From the IMG/VR virus record IMGVR_UViG_3300020036_009184: a stretch of DNA of 64,000 nucleotides; one strand, given 5' to 3'. This DNA comes from an uncultured virus (IMG/VR IMGVR_UViG_3300020036_009184) (taxonomy: Duplodnaviria; Heunggongvirae; Uroviricota; Caudoviricetes). Made by a program: the position numbers and the translations under genes. The notes beneath the pieces were generated by a model, which was not told the DNA's origin, ran no database searches, and saw only the letters and a list, made by a program, of their open reading frames with translations. Shown piece after piece: positions 11,394-22,886 of this stretch; positions within the stretch are counted from its first letter, which is position 1; every line of letters begins with the position of its first letter.

Positions 11394-12125
11394 ATGCCAG
11401 CAGCAGCACTCGCAGCACTTATTCCTTCCGCTTTCCAGGCCGTTGCCGGGATCACCCAAATGAACCGGGGCAAGAGATTATTGGAAGGTTTGCAGCGCCC
11501 AGAATACGATATTCCAGATGCCGAGAAGCAATCTCTGGCCATCGCCAATGCTGCGTACCAGGACCCTAAGATGCCGGGAGAAAACGTAGCGTATAGCCGC
11601 ATTGGCCAAACGCTGTCGCAATTCTTACGTGCCAGCCGGGATAATGGCAATCCAATGGCCGGTCTGGCAATGGCTCAAGCAAACTCGAACCGGGCATATA
11701 ATGACCTGGCCAGTCAGTCAGCCATGCACCAGGAAGCGGATCGCCGGGACTTGATGAATAACCTGGAGACTTATGCTCAATATCAGGACCAGAAATGGCA
11801 GATGAATAAATACGCCCCGTATGCTGACAAATACCAGGAAGGTCGCCAATTGGTTGGTGGCGGTGCGCAAAATGTAAACACGGCACTGCAAGGACTCTCT
11901 TCTGTGGCCTTACAAGGCCTTATGGGTAAAGTGGCGCCCGTTTCTGCCGGTCAGATCGCCGATGCGCGTACTTCTGCCGCTGCGGCGCAAGGTCAGGATT
12001 CATTTATTTCCTCTGCCGGCAAAATGATCGGTAAAGGCGCAATGGAAACTGTCAATGGTATCGCTCCCGGGATGTCTCCGCAACAACTCATGCAGGCTAT
12101 TTCAAACTTTTATCGTACTCAATAA
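11394..12125 (+). CDS. Putative ejection/internal virion protein
   Basis: Ala/Gly/Gln-rich with hydrophobic N-terminus, directly after tail genes. Confidence 0.55.
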   Translation: MPAAALAALIPSAFQAVAGITQMNRGKRLLEGLQRPEYDIPDAEKQSLAIANAAYQDPKMPGENVAYSRIGQTLSQFLRASRDNGNPMAGLAMAQANSNRAYNDLASQSAMHQEADRRDLMNNLETYAQYQDQKWQMNKYAPYADKYQEGRQLVGGGAQNVNTALQGLSSVALQGLMGKVAPVSAGQIADARTSAAAAQGQDSFISSAGKMIGKGAMETVNGIAPGMSPQQLMQAISNFYRTQ

Positions 12126-13732
12126 TGGCAGTAGTTGGAACTGAAATAGGCCAGGTAAATAACCTGAATCAAGGCGAAGGACTCGCTACTACTTTTGGTG
12201 CCGGTAACAGGGCGCTTGATACTTACGATCAGTTATCAGCAGAAAAGCGTGCTGTTGGTCGGGCAAAAGAGGCCCAAAAACAGGCGCAGATGGATGCGGG
12301 GTTGAAGCGTATGCTTGACTTCAATCCTGATCGCTGGTTCAAACACGAACAGGTGATCAAGAGTGAACTGAACAACTGGCAAGATCAGGGATCTAGGTTA
12401 ATGAGTTCGGGTATCAATCCGTGGACATCGACTGATCCGCAGAGCCTGGACTGGAGAAAAAAACAGATTGAGATTCAAGGGTTGGCGGAAGCAAGCAAAC
12501 AGGTAAAGGATGCCTACGTTTCTGTCCGTGGTAAAATAGATGGTGCCGATCCCGGGAAATACACACCGGCTTCGGTGGTTGATTGGGCTGATTATGCCGA
12601 CACTGATATCAAGGATATTGTTGGTAAGCGGTTATCCCCGCCTCTGCTTATGCAGACTAAACCGATGCTGCAATTGCAGGACCACTTCTCAAAGGTGGTA
12701 TCCGCTGTAAATCAGACGAGAAACGGCAATCCTCTATCTGAGCAAGACAAGTGGGATATTGCAAAGAAATCCATTGACGATCCAAAATCCGGGTCAGATC
12801 TTACCGATTCCTTTGTGGCGATGTTTGCACAGATGGATCAACAGGCAAAAGACGACATTCGCCGCCGTGCTCAAGCCGCTGGCGTGTCCGAAATTGAACA
12901 ACTCGGGAAAGATTATGTGGACCGGTATGCCACTGAGCGCAAACCGTTCCAGTATGGAGACTGGAAGGCCGACGCATTGAAAAGGGTTGAAGTGCCGTAC
13001 AAAGAATGGCAAGGGACTGAAAGTTTCTCCAAAAAGGTAGACAAAGCCGAACTGGAGAAGATCACAAACCGCGTCGCTACCGATATGTTTGTCAATGACG
13101 AACGCGCGTTGCAGGAATACGAAAAGGTTCTGCCTCGCAAGCAAGGCGAGATGGATGGGGTATATCTTGACCGTGCAAAAAAACACCTTGCCCAGTCCCT
13201 GCGCGAAGAAACTGCTACCAACGAACTGGCGGGGCAACGCGAAAGCGGTAAAGCAAAGCAAGACCTGGATGGAAGCCGCGTAAAGTGGCTGGATTTCATC
13301 ATGTCTCCTGATCCCGAGAAATACAAAGAGGCTGCCGGGTACTTATTTGAAACAGGCGATGTAATGGGCAATATGACTGTCGCTGATTCTTCTGTAGAGC
13401 CTGCATCATCCGGCGCGAATATGCTGCCATATCCAGTGCTTCGGGTAAAACTGAAAGGAAACCTGGAACTGAAAGACATAAAAGACCAACTAGGGGCGGT
13501 TGGCGAAGCCGTTACTCGCGTTGATCAGCGCGGCACGGAAACCGAGTTTGACCTGCCAATTACGAATCAAACCGAGAACTACTTGCTGTCCCTGCACGAT
13601 AAAGCGTTCGAGCAAAAGAAGAAATCTCCGTTTGCCGGATCATTCCGGGAGACGAAACCGCTTACCCTATCCCAAATAGCCAAAGGGCAAAAGCCCATTA
13701 TTGCACCAACTACTCAAAAATTTGACTTCTAG
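12125..13732 (+). CDS. Putative ejection/internal virion protein
   Basis: 535-aa helical protein between the small and giant candidate ejection genes. Confidence 0.5.
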   Translation: MAVVGTEIGQVNNLNQGEGLATTFGAGNRALDTYDQLSAEKRAVGRAKEAQKQAQMDAGLKRMLDFNPDRWFKHEQVIKSELNNWQDQGSRLMSSGINPWTSTDPQSLDWRKKQIEIQGLAEASKQVKDAYVSVRGKIDGADPGKYTPASVVDWADYADTDIKDIVGKRLSPPLLMQTKPMLQLQDHFSKVVSAVNQTRNGNPLSEQDKWDIAKKSIDDPKSGSDLTDSFVAMFAQMDQQAKDDIRRRAQAAGVSEIEQLGKDYVDRYATERKPFQYGDWKADALKRVEVPYKEWQGTESFSKKVDKAELEKITNRVATDMFVNDERALQEYEKVLPRKQGEMDGVYLDRAKKHLAQSLREETATNELAGQRESGKAKQDLDGSRVKWLDFIMSPDPEKYKEAAGYLFETGDVMGNMTVADSSVEPASSGANMLPYPVLRVKLKGNLELKDIKDQLGAVGEAVTRVDQRGTETEFDLPITNQTENYLLSLHDKAFEQKKKSPFAGSFRETKPLTLSQIAKGQKPIIAPTTQKFDF

Positions 13733-13734
13733 CC

Positions 13735-16700
13735 ATGCCAGATCCGATAGATGAACTGTACAAAACCCTCAATGGAGAAGGGTTGCTCCAAGGCAAGGCT
13801 GCTGATCCTGCGCAATTCCGCACGAATATGGCCAATCCTGAGTCTCGCAAGAAACTCTACGACTTCGTGGCCAAAGCGAAGCCGGATTTGGCTGATATGG
13901 ATTTTGCGAGTTTTGACAAGACCTTCGCCCCGGAGCCAGTAGATGGTTCAAAAAAAAAAGTTGGTGGCGAGTTGCCTACAACTTCTTCTTCGTCTCCGAA
14001 TGCAGATGCCCCAACTGCGGAAGCCGTATCCGTCTCTGAGACTCCAATAGCGGGCGGCGCTCCAAACTCCTTACTGAAAGAATACGGTTCCATGACAGGC
14101 CCCAAGCCTTCATCGGAGCCTTCTCGTTTTGAAGCGCCGGCGCAACTGACCGGCAAAGAAGACCCTCTTGCTGTTGGCGGTATATTCAGGTCACAAATAG
14201 AGGCTGGATATGGAGCAAAAGACCGTACCGCCGATAAGTATCCGTGGCGTAAAGGCGCCCGCGATTTGGAGAAAATCACGTTGTATGGTCAGAAGGCGCT
14301 GGACCAGTCAGTTGCTGCCGAAAAACAGATCGGTGAACGCCTGGGTAAAGATTGGCAGGCGAAGATGACGGCATACGCTCCGATCATTGGCCAGATGAAT
14401 GATAATTCCCGGGACTGGTCGCCGGAAGATCAAAAGAAATACAGCGAAGCCTTATCCTTCTGGTCAGCCCTTAAATCGGACCCGGCATACCCTGTCTGGC
14501 AGAATGGACAAAATGCTGTGCAAAAAGCGCAACAAGAGTTCAATTCCTACGCCGACAAGAATCCGGAGTATGCCAAATTTATGGCAAAAAGCAAGGAAGC
14601 CACCAATGCCGCCGACAATAGCGCATTCAATTCCTGGCAGAACTGGGCGGGTCAAAAACTTACACAGATAGTTTCCGGCGTTGCATCGCTCCCTCGTACT
14701 GTTATTGGTACGGTCGCAAACACGCCAGCATCTGGCCCTGGCGGTATCTTGAGCCAATTAAAAGGAACGGCTGTAAATAAGTGGGCGCAGGAGATGGGAG
14801 ATTGGGCGGATGGCGCGATGGAATATGCAGCCCAAACACATCCGACAGGATCTGGCACCAAGCGGCCATTATGGGAAAAAGTAGCCGACTTCCAGGGTGT
14901 CGGTGTCGTAGTCGATGACCAAGGCCAGCCCGTAAAAGCATATAAAGACAATGTAGAGGTTCCGATGGACGATAAGTTTGTCCGGGACTTCACCGCTTCC
15001 AATGCGGGAGCAAAGGCAGAGAACAAATTTACCGGTATCAAGAACGGCTCGATGAAACTGGCCGATGTTGTTTCGGACCTATATCTCATGCGATACTTAG
15101 GTGGCGGAACAATGGCCGGCACGACTGCGGTGGCATTTGGATTACAACACCAGAATGCCTACCAAACCGCGATAAAGGACTTGAAATTGACCGGAGATGA
15201 AGCCAGCACGTATGCCATGGTATCAGCCGGATTATCCGCTGTTATCGAGGCGACGGTGGGTAATATCGAAACGGCGCCATTAAAACTGGCTACCGCGAAA
15301 GCGCTCGGGATGAAAGAAGCGAAATCTTTGGTCGGGAAAGCATCTATTTACGATGTGGCCAAAGCGGCATGGAAACCGTATCTGCGGGAAATCGGGATGG
15401 AGAACGCGGAGGAATTGCTGGATACTGCAATGCAGACGATGAACAATCAGATGTTCAACTCCATGACCGGCTCCAAATTGGATACACAGGTGCGCCCCGA
15501 AGATATTGCCGAAACAATTGTGATGACAACGCTGGCCACTGCTATTGCTGGCGGTGGTGATGCTCTGCGTAATGGGAAGGGCGAATTGTATGACAATGCG
15601 CTGCAGGCTGCGGTATTAAATCCGGAAGCCTACAATAAGGTTCTCGCTCAACTGGAGCAGGGCGGTGTTATTTCAACCGACCAGGTAGCGTCGCAACAGG
15701 AGCGTATTGCACGTTTGGCAGACATCAATGCCAGACTCCCGGAAACAATGGATGAAGAACAGCGGCGCGAGATTATAGCGCTGGAGGATCGTCGTAGCGA
15801 AATTATTAATGCTGCGGCGGGTACTCCATCCGAAGCGCAGCAAAAAGCGGCGAAACAGGCCGTTACGTCCATTGATACAAAGATCGCTTCGGCTATTCAA
15901 AAGCCGGCAGAAGAAACAGCGGCAGACGCGCCAGCAGAGACGCCAATCACCGAGGATGTGATCATGGCCGAAGATCCAGTTGTTGCAGAAAACGCAACGG
16001 TCGAAACGCCTGCGGTAGCAATCGAACCCCAGGCAATAGAGCCGGTAGCACAACCAGAGCCAGATGTACGCGAAGATCGTACAACTGATCCGTTGATACA
16101 ACAATTCAATGGTGATCGGGTAGAGGCTGTGGCTATTGAAGATAATCCATTTGACACTTATCCGACACAAGATCGGATAGGTGAGGCTCGATTGGTTACG
16201 CAGGAGGAAAGAGTGGCCGAAAACGTGCCCAATCTTGCTGAGGTTGCCCCAGGACGCGATGTAACAATAGCGCAGGCGCAATCTGCCTTCCAAGGCGATG
16301 TGGCTAGCCAGGCGCTTGTAGATGACGCTACGAACCTTGCGCTCAACTCTATGTTCCCGGCACAACGTAAAGCAATCGAATCTAATCCAGGCGCCTTGGC
16401 CTCGCTGCAAAACTTCATCGAGGATAATCTGAATGACGAATCTTTTGCCGATATGCCTATCCGCGATGCGGTCGAGTCTATGGCAAATGAGTTTGTGCAG
16501 AATTTCACTGGCGATAAGCCGGAAACAAGATTGAGCCGGCGCCTTGAACCGGTTACGGTGCAGGATCGGATCGCCCTTGCTTTTGCAGAAGGGGTAAAGG
16601 TTCGCCCACAAGACTTGGCCGGTGATATAGCCGACATTAAAGGCAAAAACGGTATTCGAGTGCAATACACGTCCCGGAATGGTACGCCACTTGATCTGCT

Positions 16701-19700
16701 TGCCCAGGATATCCGGGAAGCGATGGGTGATGATTCTGAAATGGTTGGTATGCAGGATCAGGATGTCAGGAATGAGATTCTGGCATTTATCAATGATAAT
16801 CCGAACGGTCCCGGCAACTACATGCGCGATACGATTGCGAAGCGGGAGCAAACGGACATGACGGCTCAGGAGGGCGATGTTGTTGAAGATGCCGACGTAC
16901 AGGCTGCGGTAGAGGTACAGTCAAAATTATCGGAAGCGGAAGAGTCGGAATTGGCAGCATTTATCGCGTCGTATAATGGCGATATGGATCAACTGCTGAA
17001 CGATTGGGAGAATTGGGATCCATTTTATCCCGCATCTCCCTCTATGGAGCGAATCAATGAACTATCACCAAACATCATATCTGTTTTAGATGAAAAACTC
17101 AATAACATCAGAACTGACCAGGGAACTGGCAAAACTGTTTCAGGTAGCGAGGCGGCGGTACTCGAAAACCAACCAAGCAACAACGGACCCATCGAGGTCG
17201 GGAGCAAGAGCGTCGATGAAGGGAGCCAGAAAACGCCTGATCAGCCGCGAAAGAATGAACTAGACCGGTTGCCGGAAGATGGCCCGGAAGTACTACCTAC
17301 GCCGGTTGTCGCTATTGAAAAGGATGGTGTAGTCGTGACGAACGCCACTGCATTTGCCGATCTTCTGTCCGATGCTGGTGGTGAATATGATCCAGCGAGG
17401 AACGCCTGGGTGTTCCCGGCCGATCAAGCCGATGTGGTCAATGAAATACTGAGCCGGCGCCGTACCGGTGGCGATCCTTTTGTCGATATTTCTGCCCGTA
17501 TTGCGGAGTCATCCGGAATATCCGGACAAGTGGCGGCAATATTGACAACGCCAGGGGCTACACTGAAACGGGCCCGGACCAAACAAAAACTGAAAGCGGC
17601 TACTTCTTTCGAAGATCGCCTGGCCATTGCGCAAGCGCAGCACAATATCAGTCGTGCCAGGGATGAACGGACCAATCGCCGTGCATTGAAGCGATTGAAG
17701 GCTGCATTCCCGAATATTGAGGTAATTACCGATATTGAAACGATTGATAAAGTCAAACGCCAACTTGGCATCACCAAGCCTACGCCAGGCTTTAACTATG
17801 AAGGAAAAGTCTATGTTGATCCTCGTTATGCCAGACCGACAACCGCCATACACGAATATGGTCACGTATGGAACACATGGCTTAAAGAAAACGACCCTGA
17901 GATGTATCAGCGGGGCCTTGAATTGGCACGCCAGAGCGATCAGTTTGAAGCAGTTAAAAGCAACCCTGATTATGCCTACCTCCAAACGGAAGAGGGGCAG
18001 TTGGATGAGGTTGTAGCCACCGCTATTGGTGAGCGGGGGGCATTACTTGGCGATACTAATATTGTGCTGAAATTCCGGCGCTGGCTGTCCGATATATGGT
18101 CGGCTGTACAGCGTGCTTTTGGGTATCAGCCAAGGTTTATGACGCTGCAAGAGTTTGGCGATCACCACGCGGCAATCATGCTGTCTGGTAACGAGGTTAT
18201 GCCCGAGACTTCACGCCGGATCAAACAACTGGAAGATCAACGCGACTCTTTCGGCGAAGGTGGCGATAAAGCAATGGTTGATCGATACAATGCTGCCGTA
18301 CAACTGGAGCAACGTGGTGCCAGTGATGAAGAGGTATTCCTGGCTACTGGGTGGGTCCGGGCTGACGATGGAAAATGGAGATGGGGCATTGACTCTAAAA
18401 CATTCTCCATGAAAGTGGACGAGCAATCGGATATCCCAGAAGATGCTACCCTGGCTGATATTGTAGACTGGCCGGCACTTTGGGAGGCGTATCCGAATAT
18501 TGCCGCATTCCCGGTGTCAAAGATTGCAGAAGATGTCCGGGACCCTTCTATCATTCATAAAATCCAGGAACTGATCATCCAGTCTACCGGTGTCAAAATG
18601 GATAAAAAAGCGACCGAGAATCCGACGCTACAAGAAAAGGCGCCGGAAGAGATGGTTGTTTTGGGTGAAAGCGATGTAAAATCCACTCCGAAATTACAGG
18701 TCGCTACCAATGCCAGTGATTACGCTGCGCGGATGGAGACGGCCAGGGAATTGATTGGCATTGAGATAGGGAAGGATGGGCTGCGCGATATGGAGAATAA
18801 GATCAAGCGCATCTCGGGGGATCTGAATCTGGACATGAATCATGTTCGCCGGATATGGGAAAGCGAGACGACGAAAGCGGGTCTTGGGCGACTTGTTTTG
18901 GATAAAAACGACCTGAATCAGCCTGAACGGAAGATCAAGGATATTTTGCGTCAGGATGCTAAAATCAAGAGTGATCGTCGGAAGAGATTTTTGAAACGCA
19001 AATTCAATACCACGAAATCCTTACCAGAAGAGATTTTTGAGATTGATGAAAAGCGATTGGGCGCCGCAGCCAGCCAATTGAAGGCCGCTGCTTATTTACA
19101 GGCCGATCTGGAGACTGAGATGGAGAAGGAATATACAAAGCCTACGGAAGCACATTGGCGGCATGTGGATAATGTGATGCGCGGCGAAGGGGACTGGTCT
19201 ACGTTGCCAGAGGGCATCCGTAATGCAGCAATGGCGATGCGAAAAGCCCAGGACAATGTATCGCGCGAACTTATCCGGGCTGGTGTAATGGATGGCGAGG
19301 TCGTCTTGACTGTGCTCCAAAATTCCGGCGTAAAGACTGATAAAGCCGAACTAGAAGACTGGAATGGCGTAAATGTATATGAGGCTGTTGGGAAACTACC
19401 ATTTGAGCGTTCGCCTGCCGAGAATGCAGCGATAGATGACTTTTTGAAGTCAAACGAGAATACCATTGGTAACTACTTTTATCGCAGTTACCAGATACAT
19501 GACGATCCACAAAACTGGAAAAATAGGGTCGATCCCAGGACGATGGCCGAGGCGCGTCGGGCATTGCTGGATATGTATAAAAAAGAAATGGAGGCCGTTG
19601 ACCAGGCCAGAACTGATAAGGAGAGCGATCTAACAGCGAAGATTGATGCTATCCAAAGCGATATAGATTCGATTTTGGATGGCTTACAGGGAGAAATCGA

Positions 19701-22020
19701 AGCAGCCGAGCAAAAAGTGAAGGATTTGGAGGCGAAGCAAAAAACTGCTATCGAGAACACTGGCACGCGGAATAAAACTATTGATAAGAGCCTGGGTGCC
19801 GCAGCAAAAGCATTCAGAGCGCTGGAAAAACGTGCCCGGGAGGGTAAAAGATTTGCCGCTGATGACATCGAGGCATTGGCGGTCCTGGATGATCCTGATT
19901 TCCAGAATCTTTCGGTTGCGGCAAAAATGATTGTCCGTAGACGCCGTGACATCATGGATTTGCGGGAACGTATCGAGAACGTGCAGAACTACAAAGAAGG
20001 CTATATGGAGCAGTTGCAGCGCGATATGCAAAATGTAGACGGCAAGATTTACGAGATACTTGAAAAGGACGAGAATCCAAGTTCTCAGGTATCCCGGTCA
20101 AAACTCGGGGCGAAGGATTTGAATATCCTGAAAAAACGGAAGGATATACCCCAGGCGATCAGGGATTTGATGGGCGAATACCACGATCCCCGGGTGAACT
20201 TTGCGAAGTCCATGTTGCGGTCTGTAACATTGCTGGAGAACCAGAAATTCCTAAGCGCGTTGAAGGAGAACTTTGCAGGCACCTATTTTTTGCCACCAAC
20301 AGAGTCTCGCGTTGGATTCGTAGAAATATCTTCCAAGGGCAGCGAAACGATGTCTCCGCTGAACGGGTGGAAAACAACGCCAGAGATACTCTATGCCCTG
20401 AATAACTACTTTGGGGCAAAACAAAGAAGTGACGATTTGACCTCGCAAGTGTTTGACAAGTACATGAAAGTTGTTGCTGGAGTGAAATACGGCAAAACGA
20501 TACTGTCTATTGACACCCATGCACGCAACTTCTTTGGCAACACCGCATTCCTGATAAATAATGCCTACAATCCGTTTGAAAAGAAGGCGCTGTTGGCATT
20601 TAAGGACGTGTGGACGGATATTAAAGATGGAGACGCCAGGGATTACCTGGTAAAACTGACAAAATTACGGGTGATCGGCAACAGCTCGCATTTGGGCAGC
20701 CTGCGTGACCTGGTTGCGGATATGAATGTAAGTGAAGCGGATAGGTATTTCCAGAATCCCGTTGATTCGGCGGCTAAGAAAGCAAGAAAGGTTATCGAGG
20801 AAACATACGGTGCGGAAGATGACTTCTTCAAAATAATAGCGTTTGAGACGGAGAAGGCCCGTTATGCAAATGCTTGGTATGGTCGTCCTTTTAATGAACT
20901 GAGCATGGCTCAACAGGAAGCGGTAGAGCAAAATGCCGCAAAACTGGTCCGCGACCTCATGCCTACCTATTCAATGATCCCGGAAATTGTAAAAGACTTG
21001 AATCGATTGCCGCTGGTTGCAACCTTTGTGGCTTTTAGTTCGGAGATGTTTCGCGTAACCTGGAACCAATACCAGCAGATTGGCCGAGACTTGTCTGATC
21101 CCCGTACTCGGGGTATTGGAATGAAGCGACTGATTGGCGCCGCAATTATGCAGGGCGCAATGACAGCGGGATTAACTGCCATTGGATATCTTCGTTCCGG
21201 GATTGACTGGGAGGAAGATAAGGCAGCGCGTCGTTTCATGCTACCTTGGCAGAAGTTCGGAGCGATTGTTTATGACGATTACGAGCCAGGGAGCCAGTTG
21301 CGCTTTATTAACTCGTCATATACAAACCCGTATGCCTACCAAACAAAGCCACTGGCGGCATTATTCCTAAATTGGGGCAAGACCTGGGAGGATAAGTTTG
21401 GAGAGGCGGTATGGACACTGGCAGAACCGTTTTTATCTTCGGAATTGACAGCAAATACGCTGGGTCAGTTGAAGTACAATACAAATGAACGGACCGGATT
21501 GCATATCTACAATCCTGGGATGGGAATGATAAAGGACTGGTGGAGCGTTGTCAAGTTCTTGGGATGGAACCTACAGCCCGGCATCTCAAAAAAAGTGATA
21601 GATACGATTGGCGCGGTAAAAGGAGAGTCTATGGGTGGGCGCCCTGTAAAAACGGTTGAAGATATTGTACTTGGAACCGTGGGATTACAAGTAGAGCGAA
21701 TGGATATGCAAAAGTCCGTGAGGTCACAATTTGGTCGGCATAAGAAGGGCAAGCAATACGCTCGGGAGTATTTTTCGCACAGTCAAAGGGATTATCCAAA
21801 TGATCCAGAAGGATTGAAGCAACTATTTGATACTGCAACGATTCAGTACAACGACGTGCTGAAAGATACCCGTACCTCAGTAGATGCTGCCCGAGTGATA
21901 GGACTTACCGATCCACAGATATTCTCGTTATTGAAAGATCAGGGCTTTTCCGAAACCGAACGCGCCGCAATTATGACGGGAACTGAAATTATCCCTAAAT
22001 TTGAGGGCTATAATAAATAA
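13735..22020 (+). CDS. Giant polyvalent virion/ejection protein with zincin-like HExxH and LPD23-like region
   Basis: 2761 aa; TAIHEYGHVW motif; ATGWVRADDGKWR...LWEAYP segment; coiled-coil region. Confidence 0.7.
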   Translation: MPDPIDELYKTLNGEGLLQGKAADPAQFRTNMANPESRKKLYDFVAKAKPDLADMDFASFDKTFAPEPVDGSKKKVGGELPTTSSSSPNADAPTAEAVSVSETPIAGGAPNSLLKEYGSMTGPKPSSEPSRFEAPAQLTGKEDPLAVGGIFRSQIEAGYGAKDRTADKYPWRKGARDLEKITLYGQKALDQSVAAEKQIGERLGKDWQAKMTAYAPIIGQMNDNSRDWSPEDQKKYSEALSFWSALKSDPAYPVWQNGQNAVQKAQQEFNSYADKNPEYAKFMAKSKEATNAADNSAFNSWQNWAGQKLTQIVSGVASLPRTVIGTVANTPASGPGGILSQLKGTAVNKWAQEMGDWADGAMEYAAQTHPTGSGTKRPLWEKVADFQGVGVVVDDQGQPVKAYKDNVEVPMDDKFVRDFTASNAGAKAENKFTGIKNGSMKLADVVSDLYLMRYLGGGTMAGTTAVAFGLQHQNAYQTAIKDLKLTGDEASTYAMVSAGLSAVIEATVGNIETAPLKLATAKALGMKEAKSLVGKASIYDVAKAAWKPYLREIGMENAEELLDTAMQTMNNQMFNSMTGSKLDTQVRPEDIAETIVMTTLATAIAGGGDALRNGKGELYDNALQAAVLNPEAYNKVLAQLEQGGVISTDQVASQQERIARLADINARLPETMDEEQRREIIALEDRRSEIINAAAGTPSEAQQKAAKQAVTSIDTKIASAIQKPAEETAADAPAETPITEDVIMAEDPVVAENATVETPAVAIEPQAIEPVAQPEPDVREDRTTDPLIQQFNGDRVEAVAIEDNPFDTYPTQDRIGEARLVTQEERVAENVPNLAEVAPGRDVTIAQAQSAFQGDVASQALVDDATNLALNSMFPAQRKAIESNPGALASLQNFIEDNLNDESFADMPIRDAVESMANEFVQNFTGDKPETRLSRRLEPVTVQDRIALAFAEGVKVRPQDLAGDIADIKGKNGIRVQYTSRNGTPLDLLAQDIREAMGDDSEMVGMQDQDVRNEILAFINDNPNGPGNYMRDTIAKREQTDMTAQEGDVVEDADVQAAVEVQSKLSEAEESELAAFIASYNGDMDQLLNDWENWDPFYPASPSMERINELSPNIISVLDEKLNNIRTDQGTGKTVSGSEAAVLENQPSNNGPIEVGSKSVDEGSQKTPDQPRKNELDRLPEDGPEVLPTPVVAIEKDGVVVTNATAFADLLSDAGGEYDPARNAWVFPADQADVVNEILSRRRTGGDPFVDISARIAESSGISGQVAAILTTPGATLKRARTKQKLKAATSFEDRLAIAQAQHNISRARDERTNRRALKRLKAAFPNIEVITDIETIDKVKRQLGITKPTPGFNYEGKVYVDPRYARPTTAIHEYGHVWNTWLKENDPEMYQRGLELARQSDQFEAVKSNPDYAYLQTEEGQLDEVVATAIGERGALLGDTNIVLKFRRWLSDIWSAVQRAFGYQPRFMTLQEFGDHHAAIMLSGNEVMPETSRRIKQLEDQRDSFGEGGDKAMVDRYNAAVQLEQRGASDEEVFLATGWVRADDGKWRWGIDSKTFSMKVDEQSDIPEDATLADIVDWPALWEAYPNIAAFPVSKIAEDVRDPSIIHKIQELIIQSTGVKMDKKATENPTLQEKAPEEMVVLGESDVKSTPKLQVATNASDYAARMETARELIGIEIGKDGLRDMENKIKRISGDLNLDMNHVRRIWESETTKAGLGRLVLDKNDLNQPERKIKDILRQDAKIKSDRRKRFLKRKFNTTKSLPEEIFEIDEKRLGAAASQLKAAAYLQADLETEMEKEYTKPTEAHWRHVDNVMRGEGDWSTLPEGIRNAAMAMRKAQDNVSRELIRAGVMDGEVVLTVLQNSGVKTDKAELEDWNGVNVYEAVGKLPFERSPAENAAIDDFLKSNENTIGNYFYRSYQIHDDPQNWKNRVDPRTMAEARRALLDMYKKEMEAVDQARTDKESDLTAKIDAIQSDIDSILDGLQGEIEAAEQKVKDLEAKQKTAIENTGTRNKTIDKSLGAAAKAFRALEKRAREGKRFAADDIEALAVLDDPDFQNLSVAAKMIVRRRRDIMDLRERIENVQNYKEGYMEQLQRDMQNVDGKIYEILEKDENPSSQVSRSKLGAKDLNILKKRKDIPQAIRDLMGEYHDPRVNFAKSMLRSVTLLENQKFLSALKENFAGTYFLPPTESRVGFVEISSKGSETMSPLNGWKTTPEILYALNNYFGAKQRSDDLTSQVFDKYMKVVAGVKYGKTILSIDTHARNFFGNTAFLINNAYNPFEKKALLAFKDVWTDIKDGDARDYLVKLTKLRVIGNSSHLGSLRDLVADMNVSEADRYFQNPVDSAAKKARKVIEETYGAEDDFFKIIAFETEKARYANAWYGRPFNELSMAQQEAVEQNAAKLVRDLMPTYSMIPEIVKDLNRLPLVATFVAFSSEMFRVTWNQYQQIGRDLSDPRTRGIGMKRLIGAAIMQGAMTAGLTAIGYLRSGIDWEEDKAARRFMLPWQKFGAIVYDDYEPGSQLRFINSSYTNPYAYQTKPLAALFLNWGKTWEDKFGEAVWTLAEPFLSSELTANTLGQLKYNTNERTGLHIYNPGMGMIKDWWSVVKFLGWNLQPGISKKVIDTIGAVKGESMGGRPVKTVEDIVLGTVGLQVERMDMQKSVRSQFGRHKKGKQYAREYFSHSQRDYPNDPEGLKQLFDTATIQYNDVLKDTRTSVDAARVIGLTDPQIFSLLKDQGFSETERAAIMTGTEIIPKFEGYNK

Positions 22021-22036
22021 ATCAAACCCTAATCTC

Positions 22037-22354
22037 ATGCTTGAAGCAAGTGTATATCTGAAATTACTGACTTTTGCCCAAAATTTAGCAACCCGGCATT
22101 TTAAACTATTTGTGATTTTTGGTCTTGTAATCTATGCTGTAATTTTGAACCTTCAAATTGCCGATGTTCGGACCCAGAATGCCGGTTTGTTTGATTTGTT
22201 ACAGAAGTACAAAGATCGCATGATCGAGATGAAGGATGAGCACAATGATGAGAACGCTGCGCGACTGCGCGAGATTCTGGACATCTGGAAGGCTGCTTAC
22301 GAACACGAACGAATGATCAATGAAAACAATCGTAAAATTCAACGACTAAAGTAA
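22037..22354 (+). CDS. Small membrane protein with coiled coil (holin/spanin candidate)
   Basis: One TM segment LFVIFGLVIYAVIL; near the amidase. Confidence 0.4.
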   Translation: MLEASVYLKLLTFAQNLATRHFKLFVIFGLVIYAVILNLQIADVRTQNAGLFDLLQKYKDRMIEMKDEHNDENAARLREILDIWKAAYEHERMINENNRKIQRLK

Positions 22355-22358
22355 CACC

Positions 22359-22640
22359 ATGAAATACATCATCATTCTTTTATCTTTTTCAGCAGTAACC
22401 GCCGCGTGCGGATTGCTTGGGCTTCGTTTCGATTATAACGGTGGCCATGCCCGTATAGAGAAATACGATACCGATCTGAATGCTATCACTGCCCAGGCAG
22501 ATAGTAGTTCTGCGGTCGTAGATTCTGCGCTTTGGAGAACTAAAGGTTACGTCCAGGTCGTGTCCATCGAGGCGCAATTCCAGACAGAAGCGGTAAACAC
22601 GCTGGTACGCAAAAGAAAAAATAGCGCTCCAATACGCTGA
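22359..22640 (+). CDS. Small exported or lipoprotein-like protein
   Basis: MKYIIILLSFSAVTAAC signal-like N-terminus. Confidence 0.45.
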   Translation: MKYIIILLSFSAVTAACGLLGLRFDYNGGHARIEKYDTDLNAITAQADSSSAVVDSALWRTKGYVQVVSIEAQFQTEAVNTLVRKRKNSAPIR

Positions 22641-22711
22641 TTACTATAAGGAAAAACATTACACGAAAATATATTCGTAGGCCGCGCATTGATATATACA
22701 CTGCGCGTACA

Positions 22712-22719
22712 TATCTTTG
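22712..22719 (+). promoter_or_regulatory. Bacteroidota-type -7 element TATCTTTG
   Basis: Intergenic consensus match. Confidence 0.5.
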
Positions 22720-22886
22720 TGGTGTAATAAATATCACCATGACGATACAGTTTCTTACCTGCCGGAATAACATCATTTTATTCCAACCCAAATACGTTCC
22801 GTCCACAGTAGCGGATCGGTGCAATTTTTGGCGTTACTGCCCATCTGACAACTGGAAGCCTATTTCAACGTTTTATCTGTAATGCT

